Below, in pieces: positions 1 through 14,906 of a stretch of 64,000 bases of DNA. The stretch is from the human T2T-CHM13v2.0 reference genome, Homo sapiens. The stretch lies in NCBI RefSeq assembly GCF_009914755.1, contig NC_060925.1; one strand, given 5' to 3'. The position numbers and the translations under genes were made by a program. The notes under the pieces are model-generated. The model made no database searches, had not been told where the DNA came from, and saw only the letters and a program-made list of their open reading frames with translations. The number at the start of each line of letters is the position of its first letter. The first letter of the stretch is position 1.

Positions 1-607
1 ACCAATCCTCATGAAACTGTTCCAAAAAATCAAGGATGAGAACATTCTCCCTAACTCATTCTACAAAGCCAGTATCACCCTGATACCAGAACCAGACAAG
101 GACACAACCAAAAAAGAAAACTACAGATTAATGTCCCTGATGAACACTGATACTAACATAGGAACAGAAAACCAAATACTGCATGTTCTCACTTATAAGT
201 GGGAGATAAATGATAAGAACTTACAAACACAAAGAAGGAAATGACAGACACCAGGTCTACTTGAAGTGGGATTGTGGGAAGAAGGAGAAGAGCAGAAAAG
301 ATAACTGTTGGGTACTGAGCTTAATACCTGGGTGGTTTAATAATACGCAGAACAAACCCCCATGACACATGTTTACATATCTAACAAACTTTCACATGTA
401 CCCCCAAAGCTAAAATAAAAATTAAAATAAATAAATAAAACAAAAAAAGCAAAAATCCTTAATAGAATTTTTGCGAACTGAATCCAGCGGCACAACCAAA
501 ATATAGTAGACCACGATTGAGTGGGTTTTATTCCACGTATGTAAGGCTGGTTCTACATCTGCAAATCATAAATGTGATTCACTGCATAGATAGAATTAAG
601 GATAAAA
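1..607 (+). mobile_element. Old L1 ORF2 (RT region) fragment, interrupted at about 152-448 by a younger L1 3' end
   Basis: Translation [27 protein letters not shown] is L1 ORF2. ORF2 homology resumes at 449 (gcaaaaatcctt...aatccagc...aaatcaataaatgtgattcac). Confidence 0.9.
152..448 (+). mobile_element. 5'-truncated L1PA 3' UTR (L1PA13-15-like) with A-rich tail
   Basis: ggaacagaaaaccaaatactgcatgttctcacttataagtgggag...gggtactgagcttaatacctgggtg...cacatgtacccc followed by an A-rich tail. Confidence 0.85.
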
Positions 608-954
608 TTTAATCTTCATAGAGATTATGTTTCCTTGAAAAGAGGTAATTCTATTTAAAGTGAGATCTTGAGAATGAGAAATAGGATAAGGCAGCATAAT
701 CTTTGGTTCTATGAGTCCTAATTATTCTAAATATAATTTGCAACTTTATATATTTTGAATGAGCTATAACAGTTTGTTATCTTTTTACTGTGTGGTAAAG
801 GGGTACTACTAGATCCATGATAAATCTTCAACAAATATGGATATATTCCTGATTTGGAATGACATTCATGCAGGAAAAGAGTTGCTGAGCTAGATGATAA
901 AAAAAAATGGCTTGATGATGTATCTAGTTGGGTAATGTAGTCTTTCTTTTGGAA

Positions 955-1155
955 GCATGGTGGTTAGAATTAAAGATCCTGTTGATGGACTTAAGCCTGG
1001 GCTGAAATCCCAGCTCTACTAATGGATATGTTTATCTTCTCTAAGCCCCATTCTTCTCAATGTACAATGGTGATAACAATGATGACTACTTCATAGCATA
1101 CTTTATGCATATATCTAACACTTAGTCATCTTTCAGTCCAATGTTAACTCTTATT
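955..1155 (+). mobile_element. MIR SINE (degenerate)
   Basis: agcatggtggttag...cctgggctgaaatcccagctctact...aatggtgataacaat...acttcatag, MIR core. Confidence 0.7.
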
Positions 1156-1974
1156 AAAGAGTTCTTAATCTATTAGACACCCTATCACATGATACTTTGC
1201 TCAGAAGTCCACCTTGAAAATGTTTAGTATTTATGAAAATCTCAAATACTGATAATATTAAGAAATCCTAAAAATCTGCATAGAATAAAGAGATGACACA
1301 CAATTAGTAAAGGGTAAGTCCATTTTGAACCTATCTTCTTTCATTTTTCTTATATTTACATTTGATATTTATATGTACACATGGAATAAATTCTTAAAAT
1401 TTATGTTTTTCATAATTCTCTTAAGAAGAATTCATGCTCCCAATAAGAATGAAAACTACACATGTTGTTCCCTTGTTGATTTACATGACAGTCTAATTAA
1501 ATTAATTCCTAGGGAGATAGGTGTGGGAAAAAAACAAAGGAGAATCTATGGAATGTAACAAAATTGGTTTTAGGCTTGAGTGTAAAGGAAACAAACCTGT
1601 TATGCAGATGATGCCATGGTGGCAAAGTACAAGATCCCAGTTTACAAGGTTTGCAAGGAAATTTCCCTGATAACATCAAAAGATAATGATGAGGCATTTA
1701 TATACTAGGAGCAATCACCAATTATCATAATAGCAAATATTATTAGGGAGGAGTAGTTAGAAAATATAAGAATTACATGGAGTGTTTCCTCTCCAGGGAA
1801 ATAATCTGAAAGTGCTGTTTGGGTTTCATCAGGCCACTCCAGAATACATAATTTTTAATGATGAGTATAAAGGGGATGATTTTCTTGTGGTATGCCAGTG
1901 ACATTGCCTCCTCAAGAGACCTTTTTAATTTAGCTTTATGGAAAGTAATATAGCAGAATTCACCCAAATATAAC

Positions 1975-2190
1975 GGCTTCGGGAGCCAACCTGCATATGT
2001 TCATAGCCTGGTTCTCTCATTTCCTAATGGTATGATCATGAGTATATTGTTTAACTTCTAAATACTTCAGAATCTTTATCTATAAAATAGAGATAATAAT
2101 GACCTTTACTTCATAGGGTTTCTACTGATTACATAGGACAATTAATATAAAAAATTTAATGTAAAACATGTTTAATATATGCTATTATTA
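1975..2190 (+). mobile_element. MIR SINE (degenerate)
   Basis: gtttaacttct...atctataaaatagagataataatgacctttacttcatagggtt, ending gctattatta. Confidence 0.7.
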
Positions 2191-2224
2191 CCCCTACATT
2201 AGATTAAAATGCCTTAAAATAACA

Positions 2225-2430
2225 TAGCACTTTATAATCTTAAACCTTTTTTTCATGCCTCATTTCAACTCCAAATATCCTAAGGTAAGAAGTTCAGTGT
2301 GATCCTCTTCCCTGATGAATTAGCAAATTTAGATTCAAAAAAATCCAGTGACTTGCCCAATCATATGGTTATTAAATGAGGGACTGATTCTATAATGAAG
2401 TGTCTAGGCTAACAGACTTTCTCTTTTAAC
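2225..2430 (-). mobile_element. MIR SINE (degenerate)
   Basis: Reverse-orientation core agtgacttgcccaatcatatggttattaaatg. Confidence 0.5.
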
Positions 2431-2696
2431 ATCTTTACTTTGTTATGTATTCACCATCACCATGAGTGATGATTTTATCACAGGATAAATATTTGACAAG
2501 GTTAACACATGAATGGTATGGACAGCAAAGGCTATGGATTTAAAGGAGGGTCAGATGGAATAATTAGACTGGAGATCTATAGGAACAATTCAGGGAATAA
2601 GCAGTACTGGAATTGGGTCTTGATAGAATCTTGGGAGGTGCAAGAAAGCCACTGCTTCCACTGCTCCATCTCTGCTTGGTGAGGCCCAGGGGGCTG

Positions 2697-5600
2697 TACC
2701 ACCAGATCTGCCTTATGAGATCTGGGAGTCCTATAAGAAGTGCTAAATATGGAAAGGAAAGACCACTACCAGCTACCACAAAAACACACTTAAGTACATG
2801 GACCACTGACATTATAAAGCAAATGCACAATCAAGTCTGCATAATAGACATCTGAAACGTGACGACAGGATCAAATTCAAACACATCAATATTAACCTTG
2901 AACATAAATGGGCCCAATGCCCCATTTAAAAGGCAAATTGTATAAAGAAGCAAGACTCAACAGTATGCTGTCTTCAAGAGACCCATCTCGCATGCAATGA
3001 CACCCATAGGTTCAAAATAAAGGGATGAAGAAAAATTTACCAAACAAATGGAGAACAGAAAAAAAGCAAGGGTTGTCATTCCAATTTCAGACAAAACAGG
3101 CTTTAAACCAGCAACAATTAAAAATACAAAGAAGGTCATTACATAATGGGAAAGGATTAAATTCAACAAGACCGAACTATCCAAAATATATACATATCCA
3201 ACACAGGAGCACCCGGATTCATAAAGCAAGTTCTTAGAGACCTACAAAGGGGTTTAGATAACCACACAATAATAGTGGGGGACTTTGACACCACAATGAC
3301 AGTATTAGAAAGATTATAAAGGCAGAGAAAACTAACAAAGATAATCAGGACCTTAACTTGACACTTGACCAAATGTACCTAATGGATATCTTCAGAACTC
3401 TCCACCTCAAAACAACAGATTCATCTCATCTACACATGGCACATACTCTAAAATTAACCACACAATGGACCATAAAACAATTCTCAACAAATTCAGAAGA
3501 ACTGAAATCATACCAACCACACTCTCAGATCACAGTACAATAAAAATAGAAATTAATACTAAGAAAATAACTTAAAACCATACCATTTCATGGAAATTAA
3601 ATAACCTGCTCCTGAATGACTTTTGGGTAAACAATGAAATTAAGGCAGAAATGAAGACATTTCATTCATATTTGAAATGAATGAGAACAAAGATACAATA
3701 TACCAGAATTTATGAGACACAGTTAAATCAGTGTTAAGAGGAAAGTTTATAGTACAAAATGGCCACATCAAAAAGTTAGGAAGATCTCAAATTAACAACC
3801 TAACTTTACACCTATAGGAACTAGAAAAACAAGAGCAAGCCAACTCCAAATCTAGCAGAACACAAGAAAATAACCAAAATCAGAGCTTAACTGAAGGAAA
3901 CAGAGATATGAAAAACCAGATAAAAGATCAGTTAATCCAGGAATTTGTAATTTGAAAGAATAAATAAGATTGTTAGACCACTAGATAGACTTATAAAGAA
4001 AAAAAGAGAAAAGTTCCAAATAAACACAATCAGAAATGACAAATAGGACATTACCACTGACCCCCATCTAAAAACAAAAAACTCTAAGAAATTACTATAA
4101 ACATCTCCAGGCACATAAACTAGAAAACCTAGAACAAATGGGCAAATTCCTGGAAATACAACCTCCCAAGACTAAACCAGGAAGAAACTGAATGCCTGCA
4201 TAAAACAATAATGGTTTCCAAAACTGAATCAGTAACAAAAAGCCTACCAATGAGAAAAACCCAAGGACTAGATGAATTTATGGCCAAATTCTACCAGATT
4301 ATAAAGAAGAGCTGATACTAGTCCAACTGAAACTATTCCAAAAAACTGAGGTGAAGGGATCCCTCCCTACCTCATTCTACGAAGCCAGTATCATCCTGAT
4401 ACCAAAATCTAGCAGAGACACAGAAATACTAAAACTTTGGGTCAATATCCTTGATGAACATCAATGCAAAATCCCTCAAGAAAATACGTGTAAACCAAAT
4501 CCAGCAGCACATCAAAAAGCTTATCCACCACAATCAAGTAGGCTTTATCCCTGGGATGCAAAGTAGGTTCAACAGGTGCAAATCAGTAAATGTGATTCAT
4601 CACATAAACAGATCTAAAGACAAAAACCACATGGTTATCTTAATACATGCAGAAAAGGCTTTCAATAAAAGTCAACACCCCCTCATGTTCAAAATCATCA
4701 AAAAATTAGGCACAGAAGGAACATACCTCAAAATAATAAGAGCTATCTATGACAAACCCACAGACAACATCATAACGAATAAAATCTGGAAGCATTATAC
4801 TTGATAACTATAATAAGACAAGGATGCCCACTCTCACCACTCCTATTCAAAAGAGTACTTGAAGTCCTAGCCAGAGCAATTAGGACAAAGAAATAAAAGG
4901 CATCAAAATATGAAGATAGGAAGTCAAACTATATCTGTTTCCCAATGATATGATTCTATACCTAGAAAACCCCATAGTCTGTGCCGAAAAGCTCCTAGAT
5001 TTGATAAAGAACTTCAGCTGTTTAAGGATACAAAATAAAAGTATAAAAATCATTACCATGTCTATACACTAACAATGTCCAAGCTGAGAACCAAATCAAG
5101 AATGCAATCCCATTTATAATAGCCACAAACAATAAGATACCTAGGAATACAGCTCACCAGGGTGGTGAAAGATCTCTACAAGAAGCCTTATTAAACTGCT
5201 CAAAGAAGTGAGAAATAACAAAAACAAATGAAAAATTGTTCATGCTCATGAATAAGAAGAATCAATATTATTAAAATGGCCATACTGCCCAAAGCAATTT
5301 ACAGATTCAATGTTATTCCTATCAAACTGCCAGTGTAATTTTTCAAAGTATTAGAAAAAAAAGTCTTAAAATGCACATGGAATCAAAAAAGAGCCAAAAT
5401 ACCCAAGGCAATCCTAAGCAAAAAGAACAAAACTGGAGGCATCACATTACCCTACTTCAAAGTATACTACACAGCTACAGTAACCAAAACAGCACGTTAC
5501 TGGAAAAGAAAAAAAAAAAAAGTCATACAATCTCACACAGCTCAATGGAACAAAATAAGAAGCTTAGAAATAAAGCCATACACCTACAACCATCTGATCT

Positions 5601-8010
5601 TTGATGAAACTGACAAAAACAAGCGATAGGAAAAGGACTCCCTATTCAATAAATGGTGCTGGGATAACTGGTTAGCCATATGCAGATGATTGAGTCTAGA
5701 CCTCTTCCTTTCACTAAATAAAAAATTAAATCAAGAAGGGTTAAGGATTTAAATGTGTAACCTAAAACTATAAAAACCCTGGGAGATAACATTGGAAATA
5801 CCATACTGGACATAGGCCCTGGCAAAGATTTTATGACAAAGACACCAAAAGCAATTGCAACAAAACCAAAAATTGACAAATGGGACCTAAATAAGCTAAA
5901 GAGCTTCTGCACCACAAAAGAAACTATCAGCAGAGTAAACACACAACCTACAGAATGGGAGAAAATATTTGCAAACTGTGCATCTGACAATATTCTAGTA
6001 TCCAGAATCTATAAGGAACTTAAATTTACAAGCAAAAAAGTCTCCATTAATAAATGGGCAAAGGCCATGAATAGACACTTTTCAAAAGAAGACATACAAG
6101 TGGCCAGCAAGCATATGAAAAAATGCTCAGCATCACTAATCTAAAGGGGAAAGCTTATACACTGCTGGTGGTAATATGAATTAGATCAACCATTGTGGAA
6201 AGCAGTTTGGTGATTCCTCAAAGAACTTAAGACAGAACTACCCTGGACCCCTTCCTTACACCTTATACAAAAATCAACTCAAGATGGATTAAAGACTTAA
6301 ATGTAAGACCTAAAACCATAAAAATCCTAGAAGAAATCCTAGGCAATACCATTCAGGACATAGGCATGGGCAAAGACTTCATGTCTAAAACACCAAAAGC
6401 AAAGGCAACAAAAGCCAAAATTGACAAATGGGATCTAATTAAACTAAAGAGCTTCTGCACAGCAAAAGAAGCTATCATCAGAGTGAACAGGCAACCTACA
6501 GAATGGGAGAAAATTTTTGCAATGTACTCATCTGACATAGGGCTAATATCCAGAATCTATGAAGAACTTAAACAAATTTACAAGAAAAAAAACCCCCATC
6601 AAAAAGTGGGCAAAGTATATGAACAGACGCTTCTCGAAAGAAGACATTTATGCATCCAACAAACATATGAAAAAATGCTCATCATCACTGGTCATGAGAG
6701 AAATGCAAATCAAAACCACAATGAGATACCATCTCACGCCAGTTAGACTGGCGATCATTAAAAAGTCAGGAAACAACAGATACTGGAGAGGATGTGGAGA
6801 AATAGGAATGCTTTTATACTGTTGGTGGGAGTGTAAATTAGTTCAACCATTGTGGAAGACAGTGTGGTGATCTCTCAAGGATCTAGAACTAGAAATACCA
6901 TTTGACCCAGCAATGCCATTACAGGGTATATACCCAAAGGATTATATATCATTCTACTATAAAGACATGCACACATATGTTTATTGTGGTGCTATTAACA
7001 ATAGCAAAGACTTGGAACTAAACCAAATGTCCATCAATGATAGACTGGGTAAAGAAAATGTGGCACATATACACCACAGAATACTATGCAGGCATAAAAA
7101 AGGATGAGTTCATGTCCTTTGCAGGGACATGGATGAAGCTGGAAACCATCATTCTCGGCAAACTAACACAAGAACAGAAAACCAAAGACCTCATGTTGTC
7201 ACTCATAAGTGAGAGTTCAGCAACGAGAACACATGGACACAGGGAGGGGAACACAGGACCTGTCGGGGGGTGGGGGTCTAGGGAAGGGATAGCATTAGGA
7301 GAAATATCTAATGTAGGTGATGGGTTGATGGGTGCAGCAAATCACCATGGCACGTGTATATATACCTATGTAACACTACTGCACATTCTGCACATGTACC
7401 CCAGAACTTAAAGTGTAATAAAAAAAGAAAGAGAGAGAAAAAAAAAAAAAAAAACAGAACTACCATTAGACCAAGCAATCACTTTACTGGGTATATACCT
7501 TAATGAATATAAATCATTCTACCACAAAGACACACATGTGTATGTTCATTGCAGCACTATTCTCAATAGCAAAAACATGAAATAAACCTAAATGCCAATC
7601 CACAGTAGACTGGATAAAGAAAATGTGGTACATACACACCATGGAATACTATGCAGTCATAGAAAAAAATGAATTCATGTCCTTTGCAGCAACATGGATG
7701 GAGCAGGAGGTCATTATCCTAAGTGAACTAACGCAGGAACAGAAAACCAAATACTGTATGTTCTCACTTATAAGTGGGAGCTATACATTGAGTACACATG
7801 GACACAAAGAAGGGAGCAACAGACACTAGGGCCTGCTTGAGGGTGAAGGGTGGGAGGAGGTTGAGGATCGAAAACATATCTAAGATAAACCATACTTATT
7901 ACTGGTCGATGAGATAATTTGAACACCAAACCCCTAAGACACGCAATTTACCTATATAATCAACTTGCCCATGTACCCCTGAACCTAAAATAAAAATGAA
8001 AGATAAATAA
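2697..8010 (+). mobile_element. 5'-truncated L1PA15/16-like LINE-1 (end of ORF1, inter-ORF, decayed ORF2, 3' UTR); host of a nested L1
   Basis: ORF1 end at accaccagatctgcctta; ORF2 start region near 2860 (gacaggatcaaattc...atattaaccttgaa); ORF2 peptides [14 protein letters not shown] and [15 protein letters not shown]; 3' UTR ggacacaaagaaggg...catgtacccctgaacctaaaataaaa. Many stops and frameshifts, and an internal deletion of about 100 bp near 6141. Confidence 0.95.
6243..7450 (+). mobile_element. 5'-truncated L1PA7/8-like element nested in the older L1
   Basis: ORF2 C-terminus plus 3' UTR gggatagcattaggagaaat...gggttgatgggtgcagc...cagaacttaaag and poly(A). TSD aagacagaactacc (6229-6242) / aaaacagaactacc (7451-7464). 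Confidence 0.95.
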
Positions 8011-9179
8011 AAATAACAAATAAATATAATGTCAACTTCAACAAAAATAAATAAGTAAATAAAAATTAAATATTATTTCTATGTTTAAAAAGACAAGAAA
8101 GCCATGGCAACATGGCTGGTGCATTAATGCAGACTGAAATACATAATGGATGTATCAGCTAAAATTGTAAAATATTTTTACATGTAATTTAAAAAGTATA
8201 ATGAAGATATTGTATCTAGCTAATGATTCATTCTCACATATCTAGAAACATTCACTTCTCTATTTTGATCTTAGCTTTGTAACTTTAAGTGGAGAGAATT
8301 GGCCTATATTCTAATATTTAAGTTGCTCCATCACTCAGTGTAAATTGCCTGCCTTCAACAATTATGACAGATATTAGGTACAGCATGACAGGAAGTAAAT
8401 AAAATCAGTTCTGCAAAAGGAAATAATGCCTTTCCTATAGCTTTTACTAATGTCAATTTGGAAAATCTTGAATATCAGTTTTCCTGTTCAATTATTAAAA
8501 ACAGTATATTTGTGAGACTTAGTGCATTAGTTTTGAATTTTGTTTCATGCTTTTTTTTAATAGTAAGGTGCTCCTTTAATTATTCTGGACAATAACTTCA
8601 GTAGTTTTCTTTTGACTTGTTACAATCTGCCAATGATTTATAAACACTCAAATATAATTACTGAAATCTTTTTTGTAGGTTTAAAAATAATTGAAAATGA
8701 TGAAATGATAACTTAAAAACCTGTCATTTAAACATGAAAGCATTGTAGTCCAATTAAAATTTCTTCATCTTTCTAAAGATACGGGCATATCAACTTTTGG
8801 AAAATGAGACACTTTTTATTAACAAAAAATAAAATACTTGAAAATATGCATCATGCTATTTGGAAATACATGTGAATATTGATATAAAAAATTTACTGAA
8901 ATTTTGCTTAAATTAAATTTTACTTAGTGATAATATTTATTCTTATAAAATAAGTACTACTTAAACATTTATGTTTTTATAACCATTATGCTCAAAAACA
9001 TATAAAAGTCAATGCCTCTTTGGTGTCTCTAAAATAAAATCAGTATCTCCTGGAAAAGAGTCATGATACTTTCATTACTTACAATATTTTTTCCACCAGA
9101 TATCAGCTATTGGAATGTCAAAAGTAAGACTCTAGGAAGATAAATACAATATTAGGGAAAGTCAGTTCTAATTATATTT

Positions 9180-9260
9180 AGATTGTGAATCCTTTTGAAG
9201 CTCTGATGGAAGCTATGGTCCCTCCTTCCAGAAAAATGCACATACGCACTGTAGGTCCTA
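9180..9260. mobile_element. MER117-like hAT/Charlie fragment
   Basis: aatccttttgaagctctgatggaagctatggtccctccttccagaaaaatgcacatac resembles the recalled MER117 core. Confidence 0.5.
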
Positions 9261-9476
9261 TGTTTACAAGTGGACTGAGCTGTGCAAAAGAAAATTTGCC
9301 TTGTGGGTTAACTGATGTAGTCAACATATATTTAAACTGCTTAAAAGTCAACAAAGGTACCTTGCCTGAAAAGTATAGGAGAGATAAAGTTCACATTTTG
9401 TATAGGTTAGCACGGCAGGACAGATAGCAAAACAACTGAGTTAATTGAAAAGAGTTTCAAGAAGGGACTATTTAAA

Positions 9477-12795
<3,319 letters not shown>

Positions 12796-13301
12796 CACAT
12801 ACTGGTTAAAGAAAGTATTTTAAGCTTTTGGAAATCATGAGATGAAATACTTAGAGCCATAGTTCACTGCAGGAAGCCAAAGTTTAACTTTTCATGACCC
12901 CACCAAAAGTCCCATGGAGGATATAGGAAGTGCCTGCCATTGCCAAGAAAATTCTGCCTCTAACATCAGATTATGGGAATCTCAGAAAAACAGGGATTTC
13001 CACTGGTTGCTTACAAGTCAGAAGAAGACCAAGGAAATTATGTAACAGGATAAGGTGACTTTAAACATACATTGAAAAAGACCCATTCAGTTGGGAATAA
13101 CACAAAACAATCAGCATTCACAATATTGTTTTATGCCTGATGCATGCTCTTTTAAAACCTCATCCTTCTTCAACTGGGTAGCAGCAATTTTATTAGTTAA
13201 TTGTAGTGTGACAAGGACTTTTCTGCTTTTAAAATGTTAATTTTTTTTTAGTTATTTGGATTTCAGATCCAGTTCATATTGTTTTTCTTAAGCTTTAAAA
13301 T

Positions 13302-13335
13302 GTTTTTTTGTTTTGTTTTGTTTTGTTTTGTTTTG
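13302..13335. repeat. (GTTTT)n microsatellite
   Basis: Direct reading. Confidence 0.9.
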
Positions 13336-14352
13336 CTGATGTAAGCCCTTGAAGAAAAATGTATTGGTTTTCAATGGTGATATGTACATATTCTAAGGGG
13401 AAGTTTTAACAATCTCTAAAGTTTGAAATCAATTACAGAATAAATTAAATATTTGGAAAGTGGACATTTTTGACCTTTGAATAATTTATTGAATTGGCCT
13501 TTTGCTTATTCTTTAAGTCGGAAATGTTTACAATTAAAGAGTAATTATATACAAAAAAATGATAAAAGAAATAACTCCTTTTCTCCCTGGTTCCAGGTTG
13601 AGAGCTCAATTTTCCATGTGAGTATTAAAAAGCTAATTTCATGCACAATTCACTTGAACCTAAATTTCATAGCAGAGAGGGGTTTTAATTGCTCCTTCTT
13701 TTATATATAATAAGCTGTAGGAAAAGCAAATGTGGTTAATTATCATAAGATCTACTGCAACAGTTTTGCAAATGATGACGATACATTTAGCAATTTTCCA
13801 AATTATGATACCTGCAACTTTCTTTATTTGTGCTGTATTGTTTAGATGTATGAGAATTCCCAGCAATTGGAAGAAGCCAAAGTGCTACCCATCTAATCTC
13901 TTCATCCACACCTACAAAATCTGCCAAACTCCTAAACCTGAGACATTTATTTGAGAGACATGAGTGTTTTTCATAATAACCCATCTTCAACTTATTTTTG
14001 TTGAGCCCACAGAGGTATTTTGAAAATATGCTTCTGTATTTTTTTGGCTCTACTATAAAACAAAATAAAAAGAAGAAGAAAACTCCCAACAAACAGAAGT
14101 TATACAGTTCTATGGTGCTATACTAGAAAGCTATTTTTGTGTGAAGGAATATGACTTAGTTAAGAAACAATATCAAGTTTGGGTTATGGGGGGAAATAAA
14201 CTGTAGTCCTTTTATCATGATCTCCATGATTAATTCATAATTCAATCTCAGGAAATTATTCCTTAGATTCAATTTCTTAATTTCATAAATTGAAAGGATT
14301 AGATGCAATAATTTCTGATGTCCATTTTAGTCAACTTAATTAAATGGTATTA

Positions 14353-14906
14353 CAGGAGTCCCCCCTTATTTGCAGTTCCCATTTCATAGTTTCAGTCACC
14401 TGCCGTCAACTGTGGTCCAAGAAAAAATAAATGGAAAATTTCAGAAACGAACAATTCATAAATTGTAAATTACATGCCGATTTGAGTAGTGTAATGAAAT
14501 CTCAAACTCTCTCCCTCCCTCCCACCTGGGACATAAATCATCACTTTGTCCATCATATCCATGCTGTGTATGTTACCTACCTATTAGTCACTTAGTAGCC
14601 CTAGAGCTGTCTCAGTTATCAGATCTACTGTTGTGGTATGGCAGTGCATGTGTTCAAGTTACTGTTATTTTACTTCATAAAGGTTGTACAACATAACAGT
14701 AGTTATGCTGACAAATTGTTATAATTGTTTTATTTTAGTATTAATTATTGTTAATCTCTTGCTGTGCCTAATTTATAAATTAAACTTTGTCATAGGTATG
14801 TATGTATAGAAAAAAATAGTATATATAGAGTTCAGTACTATCCACCAATTCAGTTATCCACTGGGAGTCTCGAAACATATTTCCCATGTATAATGGGAGA
14901 CTACTA
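14353..14906. mobile_element. MER44B-like Tigger-derived MITE
   Basis: Imperfect terminal inverted repeats caggagtcccccctta.../...taatgggagactacta, flanked by TA; about 550 bp. Confidence 0.85.

Noticed and set aside
2860-7411. ORFs with endonuclease/reverse-transcriptase similarity
   Set aside because: Fragments of decayed L1 ORF2 with many stops and frameshifts; neither a host gene nor an active element.
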